Shown here: in pieces, positions 49,588 through 62,900 of the stretch
How positions within the stretch are numbered: position 1 is the stretch's first letter
Layout: the number at the start of each line of letters is the position of its first letter
From: Lingula anatina
Lineage: Eukaryota; Animalia; Brachiopoda
Length of the DNA stretch: 64,000 nucleotides
Reading direction: 5' to 3'
Assembly: GCA_051362555.1 (NCBI GenBank)
Contig: CM120646.1
Span: 434,001 to 498,000, forward strand
Made by a program: the position numbers and the translations under genes
The notes under the pieces: generated by a model
Databases searched by the model: none
Told to the model about the DNA's origin: nothing
The model's input: only the letters and a program-made list of their open reading frames with translations

Positions 49588-52500
49588 TATCCAAGTAGGA
49601 CTGAAAATTCAGCCACGTCTGCTCTGAAAGCTAAGGATATTCCCTAACATTAATAAACACAACATCATTTTCCCTATTAAAATAGCAAAAAATGATTGAT
49701 ATTAACCAAAGGTTTTCATAAGGCAACAGAAAACCCCAACAGCAAGAATTAAAATGTCAGACATTTTCTTGATGTTCAGACAATCATGAAATATCAGACA
49801 ACAATATCTGGAATAGAATTCTCAACCTAAACTCTTAGTGTGTTAGAAACCAATAAAAAATCAAACAAAATTATTGAAAAACTTCCCCAAAGCAGAACCA
49901 ATTATGCAAGCAATTTCTTTCAGATGCAGGACTCTCATCTTAGTTTGGTCGATTTTACGATAACCTGAGTCTGGAACCCCTGTTCTTTGATAAAATCATA
50001 CTTTCAAACCAGCAATAATGTTTTCCTAAGCCCCCACAGGAGAAACCTGTCATGGTGTTTGCTATGCTCTCATCAGTTTTTACATTTTGTGAACTTTTTT
50101 CACACAGCTGTGGCTCTCTAAATAAGAGCTAACAGAGCAGCAAATTGGATTGCATATTCCATAAATGTGAACTATTGACAAAATTTCTCTCTAAATGATC
50201 TTGATATCTTTTTAATAAAGTTGCTACCGAACACAGCCCATGTTCAATATGGCCACCAGGCAGGGAGGGCTTCAGTTTCTTAAAAAATAAATAAAACTAA
50301 TAGAACTGAATTTTTTCACATTTGGTGATGAAAGATTCCAAAAATATCCCAGAAAATTATGATCAAAGTGCTAGATGAAAGAAAGATCAATACCTATTAG
50401 TGCACAAGTTCCTATGGCAGATGCTGACAGGGAGTAAACTTTTTGAGTACCAGTTCCAACATCTCCCACTTGGGGGCACCACATGTTGGTAAAGCACAGA
50501 GGCGGAATTTTTTTCCAAATCCCACCCCTGCAACTGTCAAGGTTTTTTTTTTTTTTTTTTTTGGGGGGGGGGGGGAGGGCTTAACAAAAGTTTTCTATCA
50601 TTATATCAAGGTGTTAAATATTTCTTTGATTTTTAAATTCATTAACTTCAGCTACCAACAAATATTTACAATGAACATTTTGAGGAATTTTATGAACTTG
50701 GCTCAGTGACCCATGCAGACCGAACGACATCTATTTTTGGATCACAATCAGCACAATCAGATAGCTATGACACCATAGTTTACCAAATGTTACTTCACAA
50801 AATATGAACACACTTAATCAGTACCAGCCATACTGGAAACAGGTCTGAAGCAATCTCCACTTACTACAGTGAACTGGCCCAGGTATCTGAACTCCAATAA
50901 TGTAATTCCCAGTCCCTTCACTGTGTCTACACTTAAATAGATACAATGTAATTACAGGTCATCCATAACTGATGAGCACGGCGCAGTTGATTTCCAGAAA
51001 ATATTTGCCTCAAGAGAACTCCCACGGCAAACATCTAGCCAGTCTTCCTATTCTTATGAGCAATCAATAACAGCACAGAAAACAACGGGGAACCGGGAGT
51101 TTGCCCACACACTCCAGTATATATAATTAATAACTCCTCCTTCATCAGAACCCCTTCTTGTCTTGTACGACACTAAAATAACATCTTTTCATTATTTCTA
51201 CCACTAATAATTCTTTAATATCTCAATAATCAATAACATTGCATTCAGTTAGTGTGATAAACATCTTGAAAATTATCAATTATCCCTAAGCATTGATGTC
51301 CATTATATCACCTGATTGAGAAACAAGTTTCAATTCGACAAAAGTTGAAAAATCAATCAAACATCATAGTTTGTGTACTTATAATTCAATCTAACAGTGG
51401 TATTACACATGCATCATCAGGTTTTTACACCTCTGATCTTACCTTCACCTCACAGTATATATGCTCAAGAATCTTCTGACCACTCCAGCCACCCAGGACA
51501 AATCACTGCTGATATCTCAGAGAGGCTGTTTTAAGATTGTAAAGAAAATAACTTAATTTCAAGGTAAGCCCTATCTATCACGCAGACATGTATCTGTGCT
51601 TGTGTTCACTCACTGCCTCACACTCTGCATTCTGCTGGCTACCACGAGCCACAAGCTACAGGCTGCTCTCTCTAAGAGAGGGTGAATACCGCACTCTGAC
51701 TTGTCCAATATTTATGCTCTCCTCAGGTAAATTTGCATTCTTCAGGTTATTCCTGCTTAATAAAGCTAAAGGTGGTTCTCTTCTCCCATTGAATATACTC
51801 TGCAGTCATACCAGGCACCAATTTACAACCATCATTTGAAATGAATTCATAATAAAAAGGCTGTTTTAGGATAAATTAATTAAAAAAGACCAATGCTTAA
51901 AAAAGCTTTGTGCTCTTTTCTTTAAAGAAAGAAGGTAAAATCCACAGAGCATCATGAGAGGATTCTTAAACATCTTTCAACTTCAACCCCCCTCTCTCTG
52001 GGGCCTAATTAACTATCTACAGTGCTGCATATTAAAAGAATTTTTTTTTTAATCAAAGGCATCAACATTCATCTGGCTGGTTTCTCTTGTGGCCTCTCTA
52101 CAGTTGCCTTTATCATCACAAATGAAAAGTTTCTTGCTTCTGCTCACACCAACCAAAAAAAGACATTAATCTAGAAGTTAATGTACATTACAACATCTAA
52201 GTGCATTACCAGGCCTGTTTCCATAGCAACAGTCCATAGAGTGCTTGGTTTATAATTATCAAACAACTCTTGAGAAATGTAACTGTTTTCTCCTCTTCAT
52301 TTTTCTCCACTTGTTCAATATTTTCTTCATTTTCCTTTTAAGTGTCACAAATAAATCAGTCATTTCTATTCTCCAAAGACAGCAGAAAACCATTCTTTGC
52401 CTTTATAGCTGAAAATTAAGTTCACAAAAATAAAAATGGCCTGTCAAACCTTCTACGGCTGAAAACATTATTAACGAGGCATAGAAGAGTTTCATTGCCA

Positions 52501-54878
52501 TTAACTATATCCATTTGTGTGTTACATGTCCTACTATGATGCTCCAGGGAGTTTTTTTTTTTCTTGACAACAGAAAAATATAAAACTATAATACACAAAT
52601 TATTAGTGCATCAGAGACGAGCACTGTAAACACATTATGAAGTAAATCTAAGAAAGCGGCTGACCAGTGTTCCTAGAGGGCGCTATTATTCACGACCCAG
52701 GGTGTAAAATCTGCCGCTGGGGAGCAGCCATTTACAATCTAATATCTGCTTTTAATCAGAAAATATGTTCACCGCACTGTGTCCAGGCTTTCAATGACAG
52801 CTATGAAAGAAGGATTTGTCTTTAGGCAATTTCATTAGAGGACTTCCTATCTTTGTGTTTCACAATAAGTTTGCGTCCTCTGGGAATTTCGTCAATGGCA
52901 CTTCATCATTATGAATAAGAGCACCTTTATGCCACTGTCAAGGTTGCTGGTGCCTTCAGTGGTACCTTTTCCACCTTGGGCCACTACCTCACTCTGGCAT
53001 CAAATTTCTTTTAGCCAAATAGCATGATAATTTCAATCAAACCAAACTATAAAACAATATGAACAATAAATTTAGTGATGATTTATAATTAAATATAAGT
53101 AAAATATTTTACAATTTTCTGAGCCAAAATCACAATATCTTATGGCATAATGCATTTGGAAAAGAATTTCAAATGTTGGTTACAAGGACTGGCCATAATG
53201 TGCCGAAAATATTTTTCTTCATAACTGCTCTTGTTTTGGGAATTATATAGGCACTATGGGTATTTTATGGCTGGTATCAAGGGTACAGGGGGTCCAAAAT
53301 GTGAATCTGCAATTTGGTCATCAATATACAGATATTCCAACCCAAGCAAGACCAACCAATCAACCCTAAAATTTTGTAAGATGTCCAGCCATCTTTGGAA
53401 ACAGAGGCCATCTTTTGGGGCTAATGGCCGTCCAAAAAACGACTGGACAACTTTCTGGGGAAAGCCACAATATATTTCATGGCTGGTAAACATCCTGAAG
53501 AGGAAAAAAAGTATGCGGAAATGAAACATTTTCATTCATACTTTATAATCTGCTCTTAAAAGAAAAAGTCAAAAAGTCACCACCCAAGAACAAATTACTC
53601 TGAGAGATACCTTCAGTATTCCATCATTCCGTTCTTGGCAAAATATTGAAAATGGAGATGTGTTTAATTCTCTGAACAGTCACAAGGGACATGATAAATC
53701 TGGCTTCTAAATTGGTTTTTACCTCATATTTTTTTGTGAACCTGGACCTAATCTGCTCAGACTCCCAGTAGTATATGTCTATGAATTCTCAGAAAAGACA
53801 GAAATTATTTTTGTCATTAAAAAATTCCTCTGAGTTCATCAATTGCCATCAATTAGGCTTGACAAAATTTTATTAAAAGCTATCAAACAATGCTTAATAA
53901 AAAACAGTAATTTTTTTCAAGATCAACAGCTATTATTGAAATTGTTTAAATTCCAATATTTTGATGACTATCTAGAACATCTTCTTCAGGGAATGAGGCT
54001 ATCAAGGGAATGAGGCTATCCAGGTACATAGCCCCTGCCCATGGACGATGATGCCCCATGAGAAAGGAAGGCTCTTATTCTCTTCATGGTTAAAAAAAAA
54101 TCTATTTCACATTTCACCATAACTTTTCATCCTGTCACTTTGAAACATTCCACATAACAACTTGAAGATGATTTATTGGATCTCACTGCCATGTAAAATA
54201 TTCTTTACATGTGACATCAATTTATCAAGTAGCAAAAAACTTCTGCAAAATTGGCCTGACCCCCCTCCCCTCTTCATGTGGGCCTCACTGTTTTCTAAGC
54301 CAAAGACAGAAATATTTGCTCACAAATCCATTCATAGACAAACGTGGCATGACAATGACAAGTTGATAAATATAAAATTACATATCTTCCTGCCTGTTTT
54401 CTTCCAAAACCAAATCATTTCTAGTGAATGTCAAACAATTTACAAGCGTATGTCTGCCCCAAACCAGGCTGCTAGGCATAGTGGTTTAATTTCACACCCC
54501 TGTACAACTATTGTCTACAGCTGCTGTACTGGAATAAATTTGTCTTCCACACAAGAAGAATTTCCTGACATCCATAAACAAACTTTTTTATGTAATGGTG
54601 ACCTTTTTGCAGAAAGAAAATGTTCAATCACTCATATTTAGAGTAAAGTTTGATGTCAAGTTCAGTCAAGGTTATGCCTAAAAATCCTGCTTTTAACCTC
54701 TGAAGTGTATGGCCAAAGTAACAGTACGTATTTTCAGATTTAACAGCTTTGAAAGCTAAATAAAATTGTGGTTTCCTTTTCAAGCATGTGTAATGCAAAA
54801 TGCCAAATTACCTTTTTTCAAAACCAAATTAAATTTTTTTTTTTCACCAACTAATATGAATAAAAATGTTCCCAAATT

Positions 54879-54918
<40 letters not shown>

Positions 54919-57900
54919 GATACCCCCTGCAGTTAACAATTTATGCACTTCTCAAATAAGCCTCTAGTCTTACACAGTGACAATCGCCCCTAGTGTGAAA
55001 CCATTAAAACTGGCTTTATAAGGATCAAAGCACTGTCAACTGGACATTGAAAAAGGGTCAGGCAGTGTACACTGACCAGTTGACTTAAGGGTGGACACTG
55101 GTGAAATCCTTAAGACCCACTCAGCTGTGTGATTGGATAGAACTTCAGCAGACACTACCATGGAGTTTGGTTACATGGAAGGACTGTAAGTTGTTCTTCC
55201 TGGTGGTGTTTTATTTCTGCTTTTACAAATTAACACTGCATTAACCCCAGAGCTGACTCTGTGTGATAGGGACGTTATACAACCTAGCGATAAGACAGGG
55301 TTTTAGGAACAGGGAAACATATCCGTGGCGTTACATATCATGTTCAAAAGCTAACAAACATGACACCTTGCTGAACACCCGTTTAGAATATGCAACATGA
55401 CAGCTACGCTGGGCAGACACACACATGTGACAGACAGACTGGGAAAACACACATGACAATTATGCATGTTTTTATTCTTATTCAGAAAAAAATTTAACTT
55501 CTGTTCCTGCATTGGTAAAATGTTAGGAAAAATCAGGAAATAAAAAATTAAAACCTGTGATTGTGTTATTCTGTTGAATCTGCTGTCGCCAACATTAAGA
55601 CCAGCTGGTGCTAATTAAATACCTGTATCAAACCCGTTATCTTCAGCCACATGTTATGACAAGGATACCTGCATTTATTAATCTCATACTGTAACTATAT
55701 TTTTATAATTGGCACATTTTCACATATTTAGTCCTGTGAACACCCAGTCTGATCATTTGAACTGACACTGATACGTCTCCTCCCAGACTTCCCTCATTTA
55801 TGAATGTCCCATCTTATACCAGACCTGTAACCAGCCATATAAAGGAGGGGGGGGGGGGGGGGGGCAGTGGGAGGATCAAATAAAATGGACTTTCTTTACC
55901 TCTTAGTTGACCCAGCCTGATAAAATTCAAAAGCCCTGGTTCAAATTATGATTCCTCGTGTACTGTTTTTGCCCAAAAGGACTGTTCTTTTGACCCCCCC
56001 CCCCCCCTTCCTGTAGGCATGTTTTTCCTAGTGTTTGTCATTCTTGCGTCTTCAGCCCATTTCCAGTCAGTTAATGTTATGTCAGACCAGTGACATTTCA
56101 TAGATATAAGCTCAGTTACTGGCCAAAACCTCTGCCTTGTTCTGGTAGATTCTTTGACCCTGGTGCACCCTAGTGGCTCAAGAGCACAGAATTTAAGAAG
56201 TTTTTGACACAGACTGTGACAACACACAAAACAGACTGCAAATAACAGTGACACTGTCTTCTTTATCAAACCAAATGTAGAGAGATTACTACCAATGGAA
56301 ACCATCATTACTGCATAAAATAAAACAGGAGAAAATACAAGTTTCTTTCTATTTATAAAAACTACATCTGATGTAGAAAGGCTATAGTGTATACTCACCA
56401 CACTCTCTGCATGCAGTGAATTGAGGGGTGCAAAAAGTGCGCGGTCTCCTCCTCAAATTGTCTCCTAACCACCTGAACTCACAGCCCCACTTACGACACA
56501 CGACCCATTCAAACCAACAAATACATAGATAGGCTCTGAACCGGTTTAAAAAACTGTGTAACCATTGTAACCTTGTAGGTGACAACTACACTATGTTACT
56601 ATGTTCAAAAAGTGGCCGAGAAACTTAATTTGGCTGTAGACTTATCACCTATCAAGGTACCATAATGTCATATAACCAACTTCCAAATCTAAAATAGAGT
56701 TGCAATATACCCTATAGCTTATCAAATCATGAAATGGCGGCAAGTGTGAATTGGCCCCTATATTTTCCACCTGTAGCTCCAAGCTCTCTTTTAATACTCA
56801 TTAAATTAAAATGATGTCAATAGCCGTCTAAAGTCTTTTCACAGTCTGACCTCAAATGATTTGACTACATCAATGGGTTGTCTAGGCAAAGTCAAGAATT
56901 TTGTGAATAAGCAACAAAAACTCTTTTCAAAGCTTATCTTTAGTCCAAAGGCGAAGCTTGGACACTTCAATGTGGTTACTTACCATGCTAAATAAAGAAA
57001 ATGTTAATTACAAATGTCTTAATGAACATGGAAGGGGAATAGAAATATGTTGTTTGGGAAAAAAAGCTACCTAGCCAACCATAAAGGAGTTTGTTCTAAA
57101 AAGCTCTTAAAGGATTGAAAAGAAATTGCTATGCTACGATAAAAATAAATGATGACTACATTAAATTTGGACTAGGTTTGTGAAAAAAAAAAAAAAAAAA
57201 AAAAAGACCAGACATTTGATCAACCTTAGCTGCAAAAAGAAAATGGTTCAAAAAGCTTCTATAAAAACATAAGCCATCTTTACTTTATTCCAAAGCATAA
57301 AATAAATTAATGCTCGGACTCTTCCAGTGAATCTCTGGCCAAGCTGATAACCAGTGTTTGTAGTCAACTGAGGCAGGGGGAAAGCAATCACTGCCTTTCC
57401 CCAAGGATACATATAATCAACTCTTTGGATGGATTCCCAGTGTACTTGTGACCTTTTAACTTAGTATGTGCTATCTTGACTAGGATTAGCTCACCGTACA
57501 GAGTACATCTAATCTTTATTGTGACCCACCTACAATACTTACTCATAATTCTTACTCTCTCTGCAGTGACATTACAGTGCCAAGTTAAGATGTCATAAGA
57601 AGACTAGGAATGTCCCATTACGCCACTATATCAAATGTCATAGTAATGGGCCTGAATTCAATGATTTAGGTCTATCTGCCTCTCTCAGCCTTGTCTGGGT
57701 TACAATTAAGACATAAAATCAATCTTGTTGATCTCTTTATTTCAGACATGGCTGATCTTTGCTCCAGAGTGCCGCCCACTGCTGTGTTGCTGATTATATC
57801 TCTATATTCCCTATCACTATATTCCTGTCACTCAGGGTCAAAGCTTAACATTTTTATTTGACCAGATATTGACCAGAATGACCAACATTCACAGCTGGAC

Positions 57901-58210
57901 AACTCTACTTGACCACAATGACTGACAGGTCGTAACTGAGACTCCTGATTTGACCAGTATTACTGGCGGGTTGTGCTGTTAAAGAAATGTTTCTGGAATA
58001 ATCTATAATGGGGAGTATTTGGGGAATTGAGATGAAATCCTTGGAAGCAAACATTTAATCTCACTTTGACTGAGGATAATGATGGCGGTTGGGGTGGGGG
58101 ATTAAATGGATGTGGTAAGAAATAAAACTGGATCTTTTCTTTAATCAAATATAGCTTCTGGTGAACAATTTTCTGTGTGACTTTTGTGATCTCAACTGGC
58201 ACATCACAAT

Positions 58211-58390
58211 ATTGATTGTGGTAGAGGAGACCTTATTGTGGTAGATGACATGTTATTGTGGTAGGTGAGACCTTATTGTGGTACGAGACCTTATTGTGGT
58301 GGGTGAGACCTTATTGTGGTGGGTGAGATCTTCTTGTGGTAGGTGAGACCATATTGTGGTACGAGACCTTATTGTGGTGGAAGAGACCCA
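58211..58390. repeat. 18-20 bp minisatellite, about 9 copies
   Basis: GAGACCTTATTGTGGTAGGT-type units in direct tandem, without unique spacers. Confidence 0.9.
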
Positions 58391-59707
58391 ACTATGGTAG
58401 AAAAAACAGTGTTTTAGTCTAGTAAAACTTTGTGATTGGTAATCAAAGAAATTAAAACTATCTAATAGCACAGTTATATATTAGTCTGGATCTAACATAG
58501 CTTGATTCAAGTAAATTACTTAATCAAAAATGAAAGTAAAGTGGCAAAAGCAAAAAACTGATAAAACACTGAAGATATTTTTCACTCTGTTACACCTTGG
58601 GCAAAGTTTCAGCATAACAGCTTACAGAGTACAGATTAAACAAGTACAGTCTACAAAGATCCACAGAATTCCATAAAAATGTGTAAAACAGAACTGACAA
58701 AGTGTGTAGTAAACTATCAAGGGCAGCTGCCTGTACAGATGATAAGACAGAGTGGAAAGTGGTTTGGTAATTGAAATGTTGGATACGGCAGCTCAAGCAT
58801 AGAACACAGGCACTGAACTGCAACTGACAATGAATTAACTATTTAGCTGGTTTATGTTCTTGGTGGCTGTTAAGTGCTCTCTCTCTCTCTCTGACATACA
58901 TACACAAAAGACACTCAAACATATGCAGACACACACACACACACACACACACACGTGCAGATACGTAAAAAAATTCACATGCACATGAACACACATTAAG
59001 TTGGGTCTCTTTATACACTAACACATACAAACACACAAGCAAACTTACACATACATTATCATGTCCCTGTAATACTATTTGTCACCAGGTCTAATCTCAT
59101 CCACTTCCATCTTTCTTCACTCCATTCTCACCATGGACACCATACAACAGACTCAAACTGCATTTTTTTCCTGCCACATAAAGGCTGGTGTGAGCACATA
59201 CTCCATCTTAAATAAACCGTTTCATGTGCCCAGACGGATTCAGCCCAGTGACAGTGAATACACCTGCGTGTTTTACACAGTCAAATGTCTCTTTAGCCCT
59301 GAGCTATCATCTCTGCCAACCATGAAAGGACTTCCTGCCCCATATAATGGGCCGTCACACAGGTTAAACTCAAACATAAAATTGCTTTCAACGTGGTCCT
59401 TTGAAGGTGGCGAGCTCCTGTTGCATGAAACGAGGCAAGGCGTAGAAAGGCATTGACCTGTTAATGTGATGTGGTCGTTTTCCTTCCCTTTTTTGATGGT
59501 CATTAGCTGCACTCACATTTGCGTGCAGGTCCAAAATTTTGCAACAAGTTTATGCGGGTGCATTTCTGGTGCAGTGAGTGCTGGGTACCTTTATCTACCA
59601 AGTGTGCCTCATATTTTATTTGGCAATAATCATGGTTGGTCTGCCCTTGCCCATCTTGTAAAAAAGCTAACCTATAGCCTTAAGGACATTCACAGGTAAA
59701 ACAAAGC

Positions 59708-59738
<31 letters not shown>

Positions 59739-59789
59739 ACACACACTCACACACACATACACAGACACATTCCTTGCACACAAAGTTTA

Positions 59790-59932
59790 TGGCTCTGTAA
59801 CTCGAAAGCATTAGGAATTGCGACTGAGCACAAGCGTCTCTATTTCATAGCTCGGGACTTATTCACCCCAAATAATAGCCTCAAAATTAAAGGTGATATC
59901 TCTAATCGTAATGCTTTTGAGTTACAGAGCCC
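59790..59932. mobile_element. PIF/Harbinger (Tourist-like) MITE
   Basis: (T)GGCTCTGTAACTCGAAAGCATTAGGA versus inverse GGGCTCTGTAACTCAAAAGCATTACGA; TTA on both flanks (59787-59789, 59933-59935), the duplication typical of PIF/Harbinger. Confidence 0.8.
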
Positions 59933-62900
59933 TTATCCTTTGACAACAGGGACCATCTCATTATCTACAGGGATTAATGAAAAAGAAAAGGAGGCATTTC
60001 TTTCATCTGACATTGCCAAGCTCACTTTTTTGTAAGACAAAAGCTGAAAAAAGTTTTTAAAGCAATCCTGTGGCAAACAGCTGCTTTTATTTCACAATAA
60101 TTTATCTATTTACTTGTATCCTATGAAATCTAACCCTAAAATTTGCCATTGTTGGCAGAACTACACCAAGAAAACATCCAAACTGTAACAATTAAGACAC
60201 AAATGCACACAAAATGATGTAAATAGCTGCTACTTAATGGTGAACAATCAGCTCTGGAAAATACTCCAAAGTCATATTTTCTATATCTACATATGCACCG
60301 TCCTAAACTATTTATCTTTCCCAATATATAATCAGACCTTAAAAACAATAAAACCCCTCAAATAAAAGTAGCTGATGTCGAGATCTCCTTCTGATATATA
60401 CGATACACATGGCGGTTAAAGTGACTGGCCATTTAGAACTAAATTATTAAATTTATTAAGAATGGTATGAAACACTGAATTCAAGTGCATGGAGGGCTGG
60501 AGCAATGAAACTCGAGTTGGAGAATATTGCTTTCTTTTTAAGGAAATTTGATGGTGGGAAAACTCCAGATAGGAAATCTTGATTTCCCAAAGCAAGAATA
60601 ATTTTCCAATTACAAGTCTGAGCGCAGCAGATTTGGTTATCGAGAAAAAAAGATTGATTAGATTTATAGATTGGTGAAAAACACATCCTCATCGCTGCGA
60701 TCTGCCCTTTCCTAATCCATTTCTAGTCCTGAATCAATTCCATCTTCCTTGGGAACACACTATCTTTTAAATAAGTTTTCTTTACTTTTTATCTTCAATG
60801 TGCAGGCATTCAAATGGACCTCAAGTGATTGCAATAAATCAGTTGATTGCTTGACCATTTGCTGTTTACTCAAGGGGAAAGAAAACCAATGTCAACGCAT
60901 AAAATAGGTTCTACTGGAGAACATGGAAGTCAACATAAGATACCCCTACAGTCTTTCAATAACTTAATATATTTTCAACCTATCTTTGAATAATCTCCCT
61001 TAATTTGCCCCTTCAGAGAAGAAATTTTACACAAATGAATGTATCTCCTGTGAGACAAAAACCTCTGGATTAAAACCTAAACAGGTTCTGTGCCAGCCAG
61101 CTGTTATTCCCAAACGTTTTTCAAAAATGAAATCAAATTTGCTGGTATAAAATGAATCACTAATAAAAGTGCACACATCCACAAAGTTCAACAATGTTTT
61201 CATACTCCATCAGGGGGCGCTACGGTAGTGCAGTGTCCCCAACTATGCTGGCTTAGCCCTCGTCATACCAGCAGCTTGTTTTACACAATTATTTGGTGAA
61301 CATTTGGTTCTAACTTTGAGATGGAAAATAACTGTCTACTTCATTTCTTGACAAAATCATGGGATCCCTCAATAATAACATAACTGTTTATCTATTAAAG
61401 TTTTGACATTTGCGTTCATTTTCTAATAAGTCTACAAACATGGCAGGGGGTCCTGGGGCCACCTAGGCCAATTATATTTTTGGCTCTGCTGATAGTCAGA
61501 ATGATCACAATATTCATGTGAACCACACACCAGAGGCAGAGTTCTAATTTTTCTCAATCATGCTTTTTTTGTAAAATGTATTTTAGACAGATGAAATCAT
61601 CTGCTGACTTAAGTTTTTGTTTAATACCGTCAAGATTCTCTGTGAAAATCATTTTAGTCAACAAAAATTCAAAGCTAACTCACCTGAAACCCCCACATCA
61701 CCAGAGACGGTGTTGTAATGTAAGGTTTTCCTATGTGAGTCCCCAGACCTGGCCTTAACCTGACCTTGGAGCAGCCAAAAACTCCGCTACAACCCACAAT
61801 TACCTGCTTACCAACCTGTTCATATCAGACCCAATTCAGAGTCATTTGAAAAAATCTCGGCAAAGACATAATTTTACAATACAATGACTTCAAGCTTGGT
61901 TGGACAAGCCCTTCAATGGAACAAGTCAGGAAGACATTTTTTGACTGTATATATATAATCAAATCAACCACTTCAGAGCTAGACTTTTCAAAAGCCAATC
62001 TATTTAACAGACCTAAAATGGTCAGAACTATTCTCGGTGTCATTGTGTCTAAGTGTGAACTCGCCCCAGGCATGCAATGAATACGAGAACTCATCTGTGC
62101 TGTTAGAGACACTTGCGTCCTGGTGAAATAAACCTGAAATGATTAGGCATATTCACAAAATGAGACGATAGAATGTCCCGGGTAGTATTTCTGCATGTAT
62201 TTATCCAAAGAAATTGGAGCTGTTTAGATTTGTTGTCAGGTTTTGTGACAACTGTAACCTAAATCGGGTTGCATTTGTTTGTGAGACTTGTGCCCTTAAT
62301 TCCGTGTCTACTCAAGTACATCTTCAGACTTGGAGGAGGGGAGGAAAAGGGAAGGAAGGAAAGGCAGAGATCAGGTATCTCATCACTTGGTAGAGAAATC
62401 CCTCACTAGTAAACTTCATATTCACAATAAGAGATGTGCAATGGCAAAGAACAACCCTGCTTGTATTCATGTAGAAAGAACTGCATCTGATTCAAAATGA
62501 TGTCAGAATCTCCGAAAATCATCTTAAAGCACACTAGAAAATTTTTAATCCAAAAAGAAGTGTAAAATGTGAACCTGTGACAACATTGATCAATTTAAAA
62601 AACACAGTGCAGCACAGAAGTTCTTTTCCACTCTACGCTGGCTGACTGAAAATATCTACAAAATATATATGTTTTAGACACCAAGGGGTGAAATGAGCTA
62701 CGTAGTACTGGTAATATGACGCTTTTATTTTCTGCATCAAAATTATTAAGAAAGTAAGAATGCTTTACCTTGATCTACTTGGCTAATTCAACATGTCTGC
62801 ACCAGCTCCGATAACAACCAGAGATATACACAAAATGACAACTATCCTTTTTCACCTCCCTCTTAAATACACATATGATTCTCTTTCGCAAATAAAATCA

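Noticed and set aside
54162-56401. Longer ORFs of 159 aa (54162-54641) and 151 aa (55946-56401)
   Set aside because: Non-ATG starts, no recognisable motifs or clean splice boundaries, composition like random intronic translation.
58211-58390. CRISPR-like repeat array
   Set aside because: Units are directly adjacent with no unique spacers, there are no cas genes and the DNA is eukaryotic; it is a minisatellite. The same applies to 18952-19107 and 34590-35435.
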